DNA from: a virus
Taxonomy: Duplodnaviria; Caudoviricetes
Length of the DNA: 46,407 nt
Reading direction: 5' to 3' (one strand)
IMG/VR virus record: IMGVR_UViG_3300035542_000075
Span: 1-46,407 of that record
The notes beneath the pieces were generated by a model. It was given only the letters and a program-made list of their open reading frames with translations. It ran no database searches and was not told where the DNA came from. The stretch's first letter is position 1, and every line of letters begins with the position of its first letter. Made by a program: the position numbers and the translations under genes. Shown here in pieces: positions 16,298 to 26,386 of the stretch.

Positions 16298-16554
16298 CTG
16301 CAACATTATGCAACAGGAGAGCATGGGTATATCCTACCACTTCGGGGGGTATATCCTGCACATTTCTATACACTCATTAACCACTATACATCTATGTAGT
16401 ATTACCAGATTTCGCCAGATTCACCCAACCCAACCTGATTCACAGGTAGGCAGACAAAACACGCTCAATTCATTTCAATATAACAACTAAGCCCAATTTA
16501 TGCAGTGCCACAGACCTGCTTAATTAACCCACCAGTCCCTCACATACACAATAG

Positions 16555-16733
16555 TTTAGTGCATATTTATTCAATAAAGGTATCCCAATTCCCCGACAAA
16601 ACACCAGCATAATTGCATACAGACTGCATAAACAGCTCTAAATTGCATATTTAGTGCATATTCACAGGAATGAGGGGGGAGGGGTCAAAATTAAGGCAGG
16701 GGGGGCGGCGGATTGAAGCTAAAGGGGGTGGGG
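16555..16733 (+). repeat. TGCATA repeats plus G-tract cluster upstream of terS; putative packaging/terminus region
   Basis: TGCATA at 16560, 16614, 16625, 16644 and 16655; five runs of 4-7 G at 16674-16733. Confidence 0.55.
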
Positions 16734-16907
16734 AATCTCTCCTCTACCTCCATACATTGTTTGAAAGTTTTGGGATAGGGCCTTCTTAATTAGGCAGGTG
16801 GCTAGTTGACCTAAGAGGGTTTCTTATTTGATTAAGAGCGGTCTGGAATCAAATGACAGCCAAATAAGGATCACCACATTTTATCTCGTTACCTCACAGC
16901 CCTTCTC

Positions 16908-17486
16908 ATGAGTGGAAATCTAGTACCCTTCAAACAGGAGGGCAAGATGGAAGACCATGAAGATGTCAATCTGACTGAGCTGACTGCATACCAGTTGAAG
17001 TTCATAGATGAATACATGAAGTGTGGGAACAAGCGTCAAGCGATGCTCAATGCTGGTTACAAGGGCAAGGGCAAGCGATCCACCGTGACCAGTTCTGCTG
17101 CAAAGCTCTACAACGTACCAAAGGTAAAGGCTGAGATTGAACGCAGACGCAGGGCACTGGCTGAGGAGAACATGATTGACTCCAAGCAGATTGTGAATCG
17201 TCTTTCCAAGATGTTCAACGGAGAGCTGTCCAGTCAGTTTGTGACCAAGAGTGGGCAGGTGGTTGATGTTCCAATCACGTTCAAGAACCAGATCGAAGCT
17301 GCAAAGGTACTGGTGAATATCCTCGGCATTGCTGAGCAGAACAACAAGCCGAAAGAAGAGAAGCCTGTCACACAGAAGCTTGCTGAAGACCTTGAGGAAA
17401 TGTCCAAGATGTTCCTTGAGCAGAGCAAGAAGACTGCAGTTGAGGTCAAGGGTATCCCTGAGCCTGAGAAAAAGGACAAGGAATGA
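16908..17486 (+). CDS. terS: Terminase small subunit
   Basis: LTAYQLKFIDEYMKCGNKRQAMLNAGY...AAKLYNVPKVKAEI HTH; upstream of terL. Confidence 0.88.
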   Translation: MSGNLVPFKQEGKMEDHEDVNLTELTAYQLKFIDEYMKCGNKRQAMLNAGYKGKGKRSTVTSSAAKLYNVPKVKAEIERRRRALAEENMIDSKQIVNRLSKMFNGELSSQFVTKSGQVVDVPITFKNQIEAAKVLVNILGIAEQNNKPKEEKPVTQKLAEDLEEMSKMFLEQSKKTAVEVKGIPEPEKKDKE

Positions 17487-17680
17487 CCTACGAGCCTCAA
17501 GACAATGTAATCGATTTTGACGTTGAAAGGCGTTTCCCTGCAAACCGCATCTTCAATGAGACCATGCGTGAGACTGCAAAGCTTCTCAGGGAGAGCGAGG
17601 TGGACGCAGACAGAATCCGGCAAGACCTCTTCATACTTCTTGACGCTGTTGATGAAATAATCGAGAGGGCGAAGAAATGA
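17483..17680 (+). CDS. Hypothetical protein
   Basis: ATGA-coupled to terS and to the next gene. Confidence 0.65.
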   Translation: MTYEPQDNVIDFDVERRFPANRIFNETMRETAKLLRESEVDADRIRQDLFILLDAVDEIIERAKK

Positions 17681-17922
17681 GATACATCATCCAAGTCTTT
17701 GCCTCAGCATTCCAGATAGGCAGGATAGAGAACAATGGGGATCACTGCATCTTGTACCCTGCTGGGGACTCCACAATAGAATATGTCTACGTCTCCGATA
17801 CCTGGGTGATGAACAACAACGCCAAGGTAGGTGGGTACTACGTCTACTACGACAATGGGGACAGCGAATACGTCACTGAGGATGAGTTCAAGATGAGGGC
17901 TACCCTAGTTGACGAGGATTGA
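17677..17922 (+). CDS. Hypothetical protein
   Basis: ATGA-coupled; KVGGYYVYYDNGDSEY motif. Confidence 0.65.
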   Translation: MRYIIQVFASAFQIGRIENNGDHCILYPAGDSTIEYVYVSDTWVMNNNAKVGGYYVYYDNGDSEYVTEDEFKMRATLVDED

Positions 17923-19513
17923 ATATCACCAGCAAGTGAAGAGCCTGATGGTGCAGGCTGAGGCCAAGGGAAACCTGACCGAGTGGATGAGGATGATGTG
18001 TCGTAATGACATTTTCTTCCTAGCCACCTATGTCCTTGGTCGTACCGATATTGACCACATCGAAGGCCCCGATGGTATCCCACAGTACCGTGACTGGTTG
18101 TTTGAACGCTGCATGGAAGTGCAAGCTAAACCTAATGGGTATATAGATATATGGGCGCGAGACCATTACAAATCGACCCTAATAACCTTCCTCAAGACAA
18201 TTCAGGATATTCTGGTAGACCCAGAAATCACCTGCTGTATCTACTCATACTCCAGTTCCACTGCTACCAAGTTCCTCCGTCAGATCAAGCTTGTCCTTGA
18301 AGGAAACCGCAAGCTCATAGACCTGTTCCCCGATATTCTCTTCGATGATGTCTCCAAGCCCTACTGGATAGACGAGAACGGTGACAGGCAGAAGATGATA
18401 TGGTCTGAGGACGGTATCCGTGTAAAGAGAAAATCCAATGCAAAGGAAAATACCGTTGAGGCTTCGGGCCTTGTTATCGGTCAGCGTACAGGTGGTCACT
18501 ACAATCTGCTTATCTATGACGATGTCGTTACCCCTGATTCTGTTACTTCTCCGGAAATGATTGCCAAGACCACGAAGCAGTGGCAGATGTCTCTCAACAC
18601 CGGTTCTTCCGGCAATCTCCGTGTCCGTATCATCGGTACTCGCTACCACTACGCAGACACCTATCAGTGGATCATTGATTCAGGCTACGCAAAGCTGAGA
18701 ATGTATCCCTGTGTCGATGAAAGAGGTGTGCCTGTCCTCTATGACGCTCATACCATCGAGCAGAAGAAGAAGGCAATGGGTAGCAGCGTCTTTGCATCCC
18801 AGATGATGTGCGACCCCAAGCAAGCCTCCACAATGGGCTTCCAAGATGAATGGTTGCAGGTTTGGGATGGTCAGAGCATGAACAACCTGAATATCTACAT
18901 CATCGTAGACCCTGCAGGTACGAAGACCAAGAAAGCTGACTACACCACCATGTGGGTAATCGGTCTTGGTGCTGACAAGAACTACTACATCATCGATCTA
19001 ATCAGGGACAAGTTTGACCTCACCGGTAAGACCAACACCCTCATTCAACTGGTCAAGCGGTACACGAACAGGAACAGGAAACCAATCGTGTTCTACGAGA
19101 AAGTCTCCATGCAGTCTGATATCGAGCATATCCAGTACGTCATGAATCATACGAATTACCGCTTTGCAATCAATCCTGTCACGGCAACCGCTCCCAAAGG
19201 TCAACGCATTGAGGCACTGGAGCCTCTATTTCGAGAGCGCAGGGTTTGGTTGTGTAAAAGTGCGTGGCACTACAACTGGGAGGGAGAGAGGGAAGATATG
19301 ATGACTTCCTTTATCAACCAGGAATACAGGGCGTATCCGTTCTGTGCCCATGATGATGCTCTGGACTCTCTCTCAAGGATTGCCGATGCAGAGACAGGGG
19401 GACAAATGACATTCCCCGATGCCATGTCGATTGAGGAACAAATCAGGGCGCAACTGGAGAGCAGGGGCATGAGGTTTGAAGACGCTATCACCGTTGATTA
19501 TGAGCCTATCTAA
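17909..19513 (+). CDS. terL: Terminase large subunit
   Basis: Walker A variant ARDHYKST, Walker B LLIYDD, motif III IGT, nuclease residues IVDPA, ADYT and HDDALD. Confidence 0.92.
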   Translation: MTRIEYHQQVKSLMVQAEAKGNLTEWMRMMCRNDIFFLATYVLGRTDIDHIEGPDGIPQYRDWLFERCMEVQAKPNGYIDIWARDHYKSTLITFLKTIQDILVDPEITCCIYSYSSSTATKFLRQIKLVLEGNRKLIDLFPDILFDDVSKPYWIDENGDRQKMIWSEDGIRVKRKSNAKENTVEASGLVIGQRTGGHYNLLIYDDVVTPDSVTSPEMIAKTTKQWQMSLNTGSSGNLRVRIIGTRYHYADTYQWIIDSGYAKLRMYPCVDERGVPVLYDAHTIEQKKKAMGSSVFASQMMCDPKQASTMGFQDEWLQVWDGQSMNNLNIYIIVDPAGTKTKKADYTTMWVIGLGADKNYYIIDLIRDKFDLTGKTNTLIQLVKRYTNRNRKPIVFYEKVSMQSDIEHIQYVMNHTNYRFAINPVTATAPKGQRIEALEPLFRERRVWLCKSAWHYNWEGEREDMMTSFINQEYRAYPFCAHDDALDSLSRIADAETGGQMTFPDAMSIEEQIRAQLESRGMRFEDAITVDYEPI

Positions 19514-19565
19514 TCTCGTTACCTCCGAGCAACACTGACTTATTGACATTCCCTAGACTGTGGTC

Positions 19566-21281
19566 ATGAACACTGTGACTGTAGGTCTCGACAACGGATC
19601 GCTTGACTATCTGGGCCGCCGAGAACCGGTAAAAAAACAAGGTAATGACCCTCTTGCGAAGGCGATTGCTTCCAAATGGAGCAGGATGAAGACCATTCGT
19701 CAGAAATCCGAGGCACTCCGTTGGGAGGCTTGTGCATACGTACAGCACAGGATGAATGAATTCTCAGACAACAACAACCCAATCAAGCCGGTGAAGCTCT
19801 ACAACACCGCTGGGATACTTGCCTTTGACACCTTCATCAACGGTTATCATGGAAATCTTATTACCCCTTCCATGCGTTGGTTCAAGCTCACCCTCATCGG
19901 TGAGAATTACGAGGACTCCGACACCATCCACGGTGCGAATGACTATCTTGAAATCTCCGAGAACCAGATGTATGCGGAGCTGAACAAGACCAACTTCTAC
20001 CCGATGGACAAGCTTGCCACCAAGGACGCTGCAGTACAGGGTACTTCTGCTGAATGGGTGTATGACGATGTTGAGGACGGGCTTTGCGTATTCGAGACCA
20101 TCGCTCCGTGGGACTTCTGGATAGACAAGAACCACAGGGGGAAGGTCGACACCATATTCATTCGCTTCACCATGACAGCCTCCGATGCTCTTGACCGATT
20201 CAAGGACAGGACTCCAAAGGATATTGTCCGTGAGGTTGAGACAGATGCAGGACATACCGAGCATGAGTTTATTTTGGCTATCTACCCCAGAAAGAAGCTT
20301 CGGAGTGACCGAGGAAAGGTGCTTATCTCCACCGAGAAACCCTATGCCGCTGTCACTTATTACCCGACTGATGATTGTATCGTTGAGGAATCCGGTTATG
20401 ACGAGTTTCCGGTAGCTGTACACGTTTTTGAACCAGATGGCACTTCCGTCTATGGCAAGGGTCTGGTCATGAAGTACATCACAGAGCTGAAGAGACTCAA
20501 TTCCATGTCGAGGGACGAGCTTGAGGCAATCCAGAAGGTTGCAAAGCCTCCTATGGCAGTACCGGAATCGCTCAAGGGAAGGTTCTCTTCAGACCCAGGG
20601 GCACGAAACTATGTCGGAAACAGCGAAAACAAGCCTGAAATCATCCAGACGGTACAGGATATCGGTTGGGTAAGCAATGAGATCAAGGAACTTGAGGAGA
20701 AAATCGGGAGACTGTTCTTCAACGACCTCTTCAACTATCTCATGCGACAGGACAAGGTACTCACCGCTACACAGACACAGGCAATCAAGAGTGAGGAACT
20801 TGCACTCCTTGCTTCCATCCTTGGTACAACCCAGTACATGAAGATAAACCCCATCGTAAAAAGGGTGTTCAGAATCATGGCAAAGGGAAACAGGTTGCCA
20901 AAACCTCCCAAGGAAATGCTCAGGGTCAAGAACGCACTCATGAAAATCGAGCTGGACGGGCCTCTTGCCAAGAACGTGAAGATGTTCGCCATGCAGGATG
21001 GACTGCAAGCCTCCCTTGAATGGTTGCAAGCCCTCCATGCAATGCAAATGACCACTGCACTGGACAACCTTGATACCGATGTATTTGTACGGAAGGCCCT
21101 CACTGCAGCCGGACTCCCACAGTCTGCTCTCAGGGAGATTGCCGATGTAGCCAAGATGCGACAGCAGAAGGCGCAGATGATCCAACAGCAACAGGAGATG
21201 CAACAGATGCAACAGCTCTCAGAGATGCAAAGGAACGTGAATGGGCAGGGAAACCTCAATAATGCGGCAGGTATGAACTGA
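19566..21281 (+). CDS. Portal / head-tail connector (T7 gp8, BPP-1 type)
   Basis: PSMRWFKL, NFY, YGKG, KPPMAVP, TATQ motifs; Gln-rich C-terminus; follows terL. Confidence 0.9.
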   Translation: MNTVTVGLDNGSLDYLGRREPVKKQGNDPLAKAIASKWSRMKTIRQKSEALRWEACAYVQHRMNEFSDNNNPIKPVKLYNTAGILAFDTFINGYHGNLITPSMRWFKLTLIGENYEDSDTIHGANDYLEISENQMYAELNKTNFYPMDKLATKDAAVQGTSAEWVYDDVEDGLCVFETIAPWDFWIDKNHRGKVDTIFIRFTMTASDALDRFKDRTPKDIVREVETDAGHTEHEFILAIYPRKKLRSDRGKVLISTEKPYAAVTYYPTDDCIVEESGYDEFPVAVHVFEPDGTSVYGKGLVMKYITELKRLNSMSRDELEAIQKVAKPPMAVPESLKGRFSSDPGARNYVGNSENKPEIIQTVQDIGWVSNEIKELEEKIGRLFFNDLFNYLMRQDKVLTATQTQAIKSEELALLASILGTTQYMKINPIVKRVFRIMAKGNRLPKPPKEMLRVKNALMKIELDGPLAKNVKMFAMQDGLQASLEWLQALHAMQMTTALDNLDTDVFVRKALTAAGLPQSALREIADVAKMRQQKAQMIQQQQEMQQMQQLSEMQRNVNGQGNLNNAAGMN

Positions 21282-21583
21282 TGATAACCAAGCATACCAA
21301 GCTGACAAACGAGGACATGCTCCACAGGGCAGAGGTAAGGAAAGCCTTCAACACAGGCGATGGCAGGGCCGAGTTAATCAGGATTCTTGCCGACCTTGGG
21401 ATGTTTCGGGAGATAAAGCCGGAAGAGCTTCCACTCAGGAACTATGGAATCCGCAAGCTGGAGGAGCTTGGATTCCTGGACATAGAAGTGATTGTGGAGG
21501 TTGTGAACCATATGTTCTCCCTTCCACTCGCCCTGAGACCGACTGTCGAAGAGACAGGCGAAGCATATGACGACCTCTTGTAG
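21281..21583 (+). CDS. Small virion protein (Bbp19-like position and motif)
   Basis: RKAFNTGDGRAELIRIL; between portal and scaffold. Confidence 0.6.
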   Translation: MITKHTKLTNEDMLHRAEVRKAFNTGDGRAELIRILADLGMFREIKPEELPLRNYGIRKLEELGFLDIEVIVEVVNHMFSLPLALRPTVEETGEAYDDLL

Positions 21584-21600
21584 GTCGATTGGAGAAATAC

Positions 21601-22344
21601 ATGCCAGGTGATGGAGACCAGCAGAACGTTCAGACTCCTGCAGGAGAGAACCCTACCAGTACAGAGGGTTTGAATCCCAATGGTGAGCAGACTAATGCTA
21701 CCCCTGAAACACAGCAACCCACTACCCAGAAGTGGATGGCACAGCTCCCTGACGAATTGAAAGGCAACGAGAAGCTTTCCAAGTATTCCAGCTTGGGGGA
21801 GGCATTGAAGGGCCTTTTGGATGGAAGCGAACCAAAAACCAAGGAAGGTGGAGAAGGATCACAGGAGACCCCTCCTGAGATTGACTACAAGTTCACGAAG
21901 AGTTTTGTGGAAGCAGCAGATGCTGATGGAACTCTCTCAAAGAAGCTGACGGAAACACTCAAGTCATTGAACCTTCCGCAGGAGCAAGCGGAACCGATCT
22001 ACAACGCTCTGGTCGATTACCAGAACGGAAACATCGAAGCCTTCCAGACGAAGGGCAAAGAGATGTGTGAGAAAGCCCTCAGGGAAGAGTGGGGCGATGA
22101 GTATGACGGTAAGGTTGCGGCAATGCAGAGGGCCTACGACAAGATGGTTCCCAAGGATTCGGAAATTGACAAGGGACTGAAAATGACCGGTGCGCACAAC
22201 AACCCGTTCGTTGCACAGTTGCTTGCCGAGATCGGGGAGAACATCAGTGAGCATACCCCACCCAACAGGTCTTCCGTTGGAAAACAAAAACAGTCGGGTG
22301 GTTTCCTGAGCAGGGAAAACGAAATCTATCCGTGGCAAATGTAA
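21601..22344 (+). CDS. Capsid scaffolding protein
   Basis: Disordered N-terminus, WMAQLPDELK, LREEWGDEYD; upstream of the capsid gene. Confidence 0.8.
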   Translation: MPGDGDQQNVQTPAGENPTSTEGLNPNGEQTNATPETQQPTTQKWMAQLPDELKGNEKLSKYSSLGEALKGLLDGSEPKTKEGGEGSQETPPEIDYKFTKSFVEAADADGTLSKKLTETLKSLNLPQEQAEPIYNALVDYQNGNIEAFQTKGKEMCEKALREEWGDEYDGKVAAMQRAYDKMVPKDSEIDKGLKMTGAHNNPFVAQLLAEIGENISEHTPPNRSSVGKQKQSGGFLSRENEIYPWQM

Positions 22345-22357
22345 GAGGAAATAACAC

Positions 22358-23377
22358 ATGGCTTACGAATACCAGACTTTAGCGGAGCTGACCAAGGGTC
22401 TTGGTTCTCCCGATATCACCAATGTGGTTGACGAGATCACTCGCTCCACTACCATGCTTTCCGATGCTTCCTTCACCGAGGCAACCGGAATGCTCGAAAA
22501 TCAGGGCTTGAGAAAGACCAGCTTGCCCACCAACCAGTGGGTTGCCATTGACCAAGGTGGTAAGTCCAGCAAGGGACACAAGGAATTGTTCAAGGATGAA
22601 CTTGGCATGATTGAGTCTTGGGCTACTGCACGTCAGAAGGAAGGCATGATTGCTCCCAATCCGGAGAAGGTCTACGCAGAGGACGAGAGAGACCACGTCA
22701 CTGCAATGTCCCTCGATGTTGAGTCTTGTCTCATCTACGGTGGTTCCCAGCCTGGTCAGTTCAAGGGGCTTGCTCCACGGTTCAACCACATCACTGAGGC
22801 ACAAGACCTGAAGAACATCAAGGCAAAGCCCCAGTTCATCACCTTGGATAACGGTGGAACCACTGACGAGGAAATGTCCTCCATCTTCATGATTGTATGG
22901 GGTGCAGGGGCAACGAACATGCTCACTCCTCGCTATGCGGCGAACAAGGGTATCCAGATCACCAAGGGCCAGTGGCAGGTCATTGAGGAGAATGGGGAGA
23001 AGTTCTTCCAGAGAGACACCCAGTTCCTCATGTCCACCGGCCTTTCGCTCATGAACCGCTTTGCGGCCTTGCGTATCGCAAACATCGATACCAGTGATGC
23101 TGCTCTTTCGGTTTCCATGCCGAAGCTCAAGAAGACCCTGTTCAAGGCCTTCACTCTGCTTCCCAAGGAATTCAAGAGCCGAGTACGCATTTATGCACCT
23201 GGTTCGGTACTTGCTGGATTGAACGACTACTATGCCGGTCTGGTTCAGCCTGTCACCTACGAAAACGCCATCCCGACCAACGCCATTGGGGACGTTCGGT
23301 TTGATCGCTTCATCATCCGTCAGTGTGATTCCATGCTCGATGCCGGTGAAGATGTCGTTGATGGCGGCGCAGCATAA
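22358..23377 (+). CDS. Major capsid protein (BPP-1-like)
   Basis: TLAEL start, RKTSLP, LIYG...FKGLAPRF, RIANID, IRQCD. Confidence 0.88.
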   Translation: MAYEYQTLAELTKGLGSPDITNVVDEITRSTTMLSDASFTEATGMLENQGLRKTSLPTNQWVAIDQGGKSSKGHKELFKDELGMIESWATARQKEGMIAPNPEKVYAEDERDHVTAMSLDVESCLIYGGSQPGQFKGLAPRFNHITEAQDLKNIKAKPQFITLDNGGTTDEEMSSIFMIVWGAGATNMLTPRYAANKGIQITKGQWQVIEENGEKFFQRDTQFLMSTGLSLMNRFAALRIANIDTSDAALSVSMPKLKKTLFKAFTLLPKEFKSRVRIYAPGSVLAGLNDYYAGLVQPVTYENAIPTNAIGDVRFDRFIIRQCDSMLDAGEDVVDGGAA

Positions 23378-23388
23378 GGAGGTACTGA

Positions 23389-23820
23389 ATGTTGTACGAA
23401 AAGAAAAGAACCTTTGGTCGTGAACCGATTGACCTGACCAATGCGGCACTTGCGGTGGATACCGCCGCTTATGTCGGGCAGGCTGTGGATGCTGTTGAGG
23501 CTACCGCAGGGACGCTGGACTACGAGGCCGAGAATCAGCATTTCCCCGAGGAGAATACCCTTGAGGTAATCGGATGGGAAACCGCACTCTCTGCCGCAAA
23601 GGGAGCAAGTGTTGCGCTTGTCCTTCAGTCCAGTCCTGATGCTGAGACTTGGAAAGATGAGGTCGCCTTCACTGTCAACGAGGCCGAGATTGTGAAGGAC
23701 AAGTTGATTCGCAGGTTCACCATTCCTGCACAGGCCGGACGCCATATGCGCCTCAAGGCCACTGTGGGTGGTGAGGTGTTCACCGCAGGAAAGATCCTTG
23801 CGCTGGTAAGGCCGCTTTGA
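23389..23820 (+). CDS. Capsid cement/decoration protein (Bbp16-like)
   Basis: Beta-rich; LQSS...RHMRL...V.G..FTAGKI.A. Confidence 0.75.
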   Translation: MLYEKKRTFGREPIDLTNAALAVDTAAYVGQAVDAVEATAGTLDYEAENQHFPEENTLEVIGWETALSAAKGASVALVLQSSPDAETWKDEVAFTVNEAEIVKDKLIRRFTIPAQAGRHMRLKATVGGEVFTAGKILALVRPL

Positions 23821-24035
23821 TAGAAGCCCTGCACGACAAGTACATTTGTGTCTCCCCTGTTTACAAGGGGGGACGATTGTACAACCCAGGGGATGTTCTC
23901 CTGCTTCCCAAGGGTACTGTCTATAAGGGAAAAAGCTTCACTCCTGCAAAAGCTCCTGAGAAAACTGAAGAGCCTCCTCAGAAGCCCAAGGCAAGAGCGA
24001 AGAAAAAGAAAGCAACCTCGGAGGTAGAGGTTTAG
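23817..24035 (+). CDS. Small virion-associated hypothetical protein
   Basis: YKGGRLYNPGDV followed by a Lys/Pro tail. Confidence 0.6.
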   Translation: MIEALHDKYICVSPVYKGGRLYNPGDVLLLPKGTVYKGKSFTPAKAPEKTEEPPQKPKARAKKKKATSEVEV

Positions 24036-24044
24036 ATATATATT

Positions 24045-24072
24045 CCGTGGGCTTCCTCCTGCCCACGGTTTT
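24045..24072 (+). terminator. Intrinsic terminator after the head genes
   Basis: CCGTGGGC-8 nt-GCCCACGG-TTTT. Confidence 0.8.
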
Positions 24073-24092
24073 ACTGATTGATTGAGGGACTC

Positions 24093-24731
24093 ATGGATAA
24101 ACTCACCCTTTATAATCTCGCATTGTCCCTTCTTGACCTGCACATTGACGATCTGGAGACGCCAAGCAAGGAACTGACCCTGCTTGACCTCAACTACAAG
24201 AAGGTTGTCTCTTTCTGCATGAAGGCATGGGAATTCCCTTTCCTCATCAAGCGGACACAGCTCACAGAGTATGCAACCGATGTTGTCGGCAACCCAATGA
24301 CTTGGAATGGATACCTGTACGGTTATGATGTCCCAGAAGACTTCGGAAGGGCCATACAGCTCAACGCAAGCAAGAATAATTCCTATGCTTACAGGTTCGG
24401 CAAGCTATGGTGCAAAATACTCGACCCAGAGCTTGAATATATCCCTAGGACGCTCTCCGTTGATGAAAATGGTACTTACCCATATCCGGATGATTTCCTT
24501 GCGCTGGTGGCCTATCAGCTTGCACTGCATATTGCCCCGATGCTTGACCCTGACGGACAGGTGCAGAGCGTTGCAGCACAAATGTACCAACTCACCCTGT
24601 CTTCCATCATCGAGAGCGAGACCCGAAGCAATGACAGGGCTGAGAACTGGAATGCAGATGCTTATTGGGATGATGGGATTTACGTTACGCAGGAAGCAAT
24701 CAGGGATGCAATAGTGAAAGGGGAACTCTGA
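24093..24731 (+). CDS. Tail tubular protein A / adaptor (T7 gp11-like)
   Basis: YNLALSLL, WEFPFLIKR..L, YDVPEDF, F..LVAYQLA..IAP.L. Confidence 0.8.
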   Translation: MDKLTLYNLALSLLDLHIDDLETPSKELTLLDLNYKKVVSFCMKAWEFPFLIKRTQLTEYATDVVGNPMTWNGYLYGYDVPEDFGRAIQLNASKNNSYAYRFGKLWCKILDPELEYIPRTLSVDENGTYPYPDDFLALVAYQLALHIAPMLDPDGQVQSVAAQMYQLTLSSIIESETRSNDRAENWNADAYWDDGIYVTQEAIRDAIVKGEL

Positions 24732-26386
24732 TGAACAATCTTGTGAACAACTGGATATTCGGTGAGATTTCCCCAAAGCTTGGTGGTCGCTTCGACCTTC
24801 CCCTTTATGCACAGGGTTGTGAGAGACTGAGCAACTTCAGGCCGATGCCACAGGGGGGAATCACCAGACGACCTCCCTTGAAGCACGTAACGGAGACTGG
24901 AAACTGCAGGATCATTCCCTTTACGCTCAGCAGTGGGGAATCCTTCATCATCGAGCTTTCTGCATTGAAGATACACATATTGAGGTGGGTTGGGTCTGAA
25001 TTCCTTCCGGTGGTGTTCCTTCCCTCTAACGATGATTTCCTTGCCTCTCCCTATTCCCTTGCCGATGCTTGGGAAGTCCAGTACGCACAGTACTATGACA
25101 GGCTGTATTTCGTTCACAAGGATCATCAGCCGCAAGTCCTGAAATACTCCGCATCATCCTTCAGTCTCACTCCCTTTGTCCCGACAAACGACATGGGTGA
25201 GAATCTTGGTGAATCGCAGGGGAACTATCCTTCTGTTGTGGGTATCTGCCAGAACCGTCTCTGGTTGGCCTCAACGCTTCTCAATCCCTATACAATCTGG
25301 GTATCAAGGCCACCTTACGGAGGTTCCAACAACCACCACGTTTTCACAACCTATGACATGGTCACAGTTGATACTGAAGTAATCAAGGATACCAAGGATT
25401 GGCCCTACACCACCAATGACGAGGGAGAGAGGGTCATTGACTTCTCCAGTTCTGAAGCTTTTCTGGAGACAATCACGGACACTGAAGAGGTAATCAACGC
25501 AAAGTGCGGTATGGAGCTTGAGCTTGCCAGTGGACGGAACGACACCATCAAGTGGATTTCCGGCATGGACAACATCTTCATCGGCACAGAGGCAAACGAG
25601 TGGATGTGTCCCTATGACATTGACCCGACCAAGCAGGGAGCTTCGATGCAATCCGCTTATGGGAGTCTCCCCATACAGCCACAGACCTTGAGCAACGGTG
25701 TCTTCTTCATCCAGAGAGGACATAAGCTGAGGGAGATTACCTACTCGCAGAATGGGACGGTATCAAACGACCTTACCTACACCGCTGACCATATCCTTTC
25801 TGCAGGGGTGAGGCAGTTGATTACCATGAACAATCCTGAGCCTCTGGTTGTCTGTCTGCTCAATGACGGAACGCTTGCTGTCCTGTCCTACGACAAGCTG
25901 AATGGGACGCAGGGATGGTCAAGGTGGGATACGCAGGGAACGTTTGTCAGCATTGCAACCTATGAGGATACCTATGGACAACAGCTCTATGCAGTGGTGA
26001 AGAGAGGGGAATCCTACTATATCGAACGCTTTGATTTCACTGAACAGGAAGTGTTCCTTGACCGAGCAGGGGAAGCCTTGCAGGGAGACCTTGAGTACAC
26101 CTCCAAGATGGTAGGCAACCGGTTTGATTTCAACACCGAGAGTGGTTCGACCATCGGCAAGTCAAAGAAGGCCAAGGAAGTATGGGTGCGTTGCCTTGAT
26201 TCTGGAAGGATCAGGACTGGTGTCGAGGACAAGTACATGCAGAAGACAAGAGGGCCGGTAGGCAACAGTGATTACAGAATCCCCATTTCCGGTGGGGCAA
26301 GGAAGGAATTGAAAGTGATTGTCGAGTCGGTTGCAGGAGACCCACTTACCCTGCTTGCTATGACTTATGAAGTGGAGGTGAACTGA
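24731..26386 (+). CDS. Tail tubular protein B / nozzle (T7 gp12-like)
   Basis: GEISPKL.GR.D, NF.PMPQGGITRRP, YPSVV...QNRLW, GWSRW. Confidence 0.87.
   Translation: MNNLVNNWIFGEISPKLGGRFDLPLYAQGCERLSNFRPMPQGGITRRPPLKHVTETGNCRIIPFTLSSGESFIIELSALKIHILRWVGSEFLPVVFLPSNDDFLASPYSLADAWEVQYAQYYDRLYFVHKDHQPQVLKYSASSFSLTPFVPTNDMGENLGESQGNYPSVVGICQNRLWLASTLLNPYTIWVSRPPYGGSNNHHVFTTYDMVTVDTEVIKDTKDWPYTTNDEGERVIDFSSSEAFLETITDTEEVINAKCGMELELASGRNDTIKWISGMDNIFIGTEANEWMCPYDIDPTKQGASMQSAYGSLPIQPQTLSNGVFFIQRGHKLREITYSQNGTVSNDLTYTADHILSAGVRQLITMNNPEPLVVCLLNDGTLAVLSYDKLNGTQGWSRWDTQGTFVSIATYEDTYGQQLYAVVKRGESYYIERFDFTEQEVFLDRAGEALQGDLEYTSKMVGNRFDFNTESGSTIGKSKKAKEVWVRCLDSGRIRTGVEDKYMQKTRGPVGNSDYRIPISGGARKELKVIVESVAGDPLTLLAMTYEVEVN

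Noticed and set aside
22379-23449. 356-aa minus-strand ORF and similar long antisense ORFs (14646-15275, 16920-17543, 19764-20423, 20589-21212, 38141-38812)
   Set aside because: Antisense shadows of codon-biased real genes; no motifs
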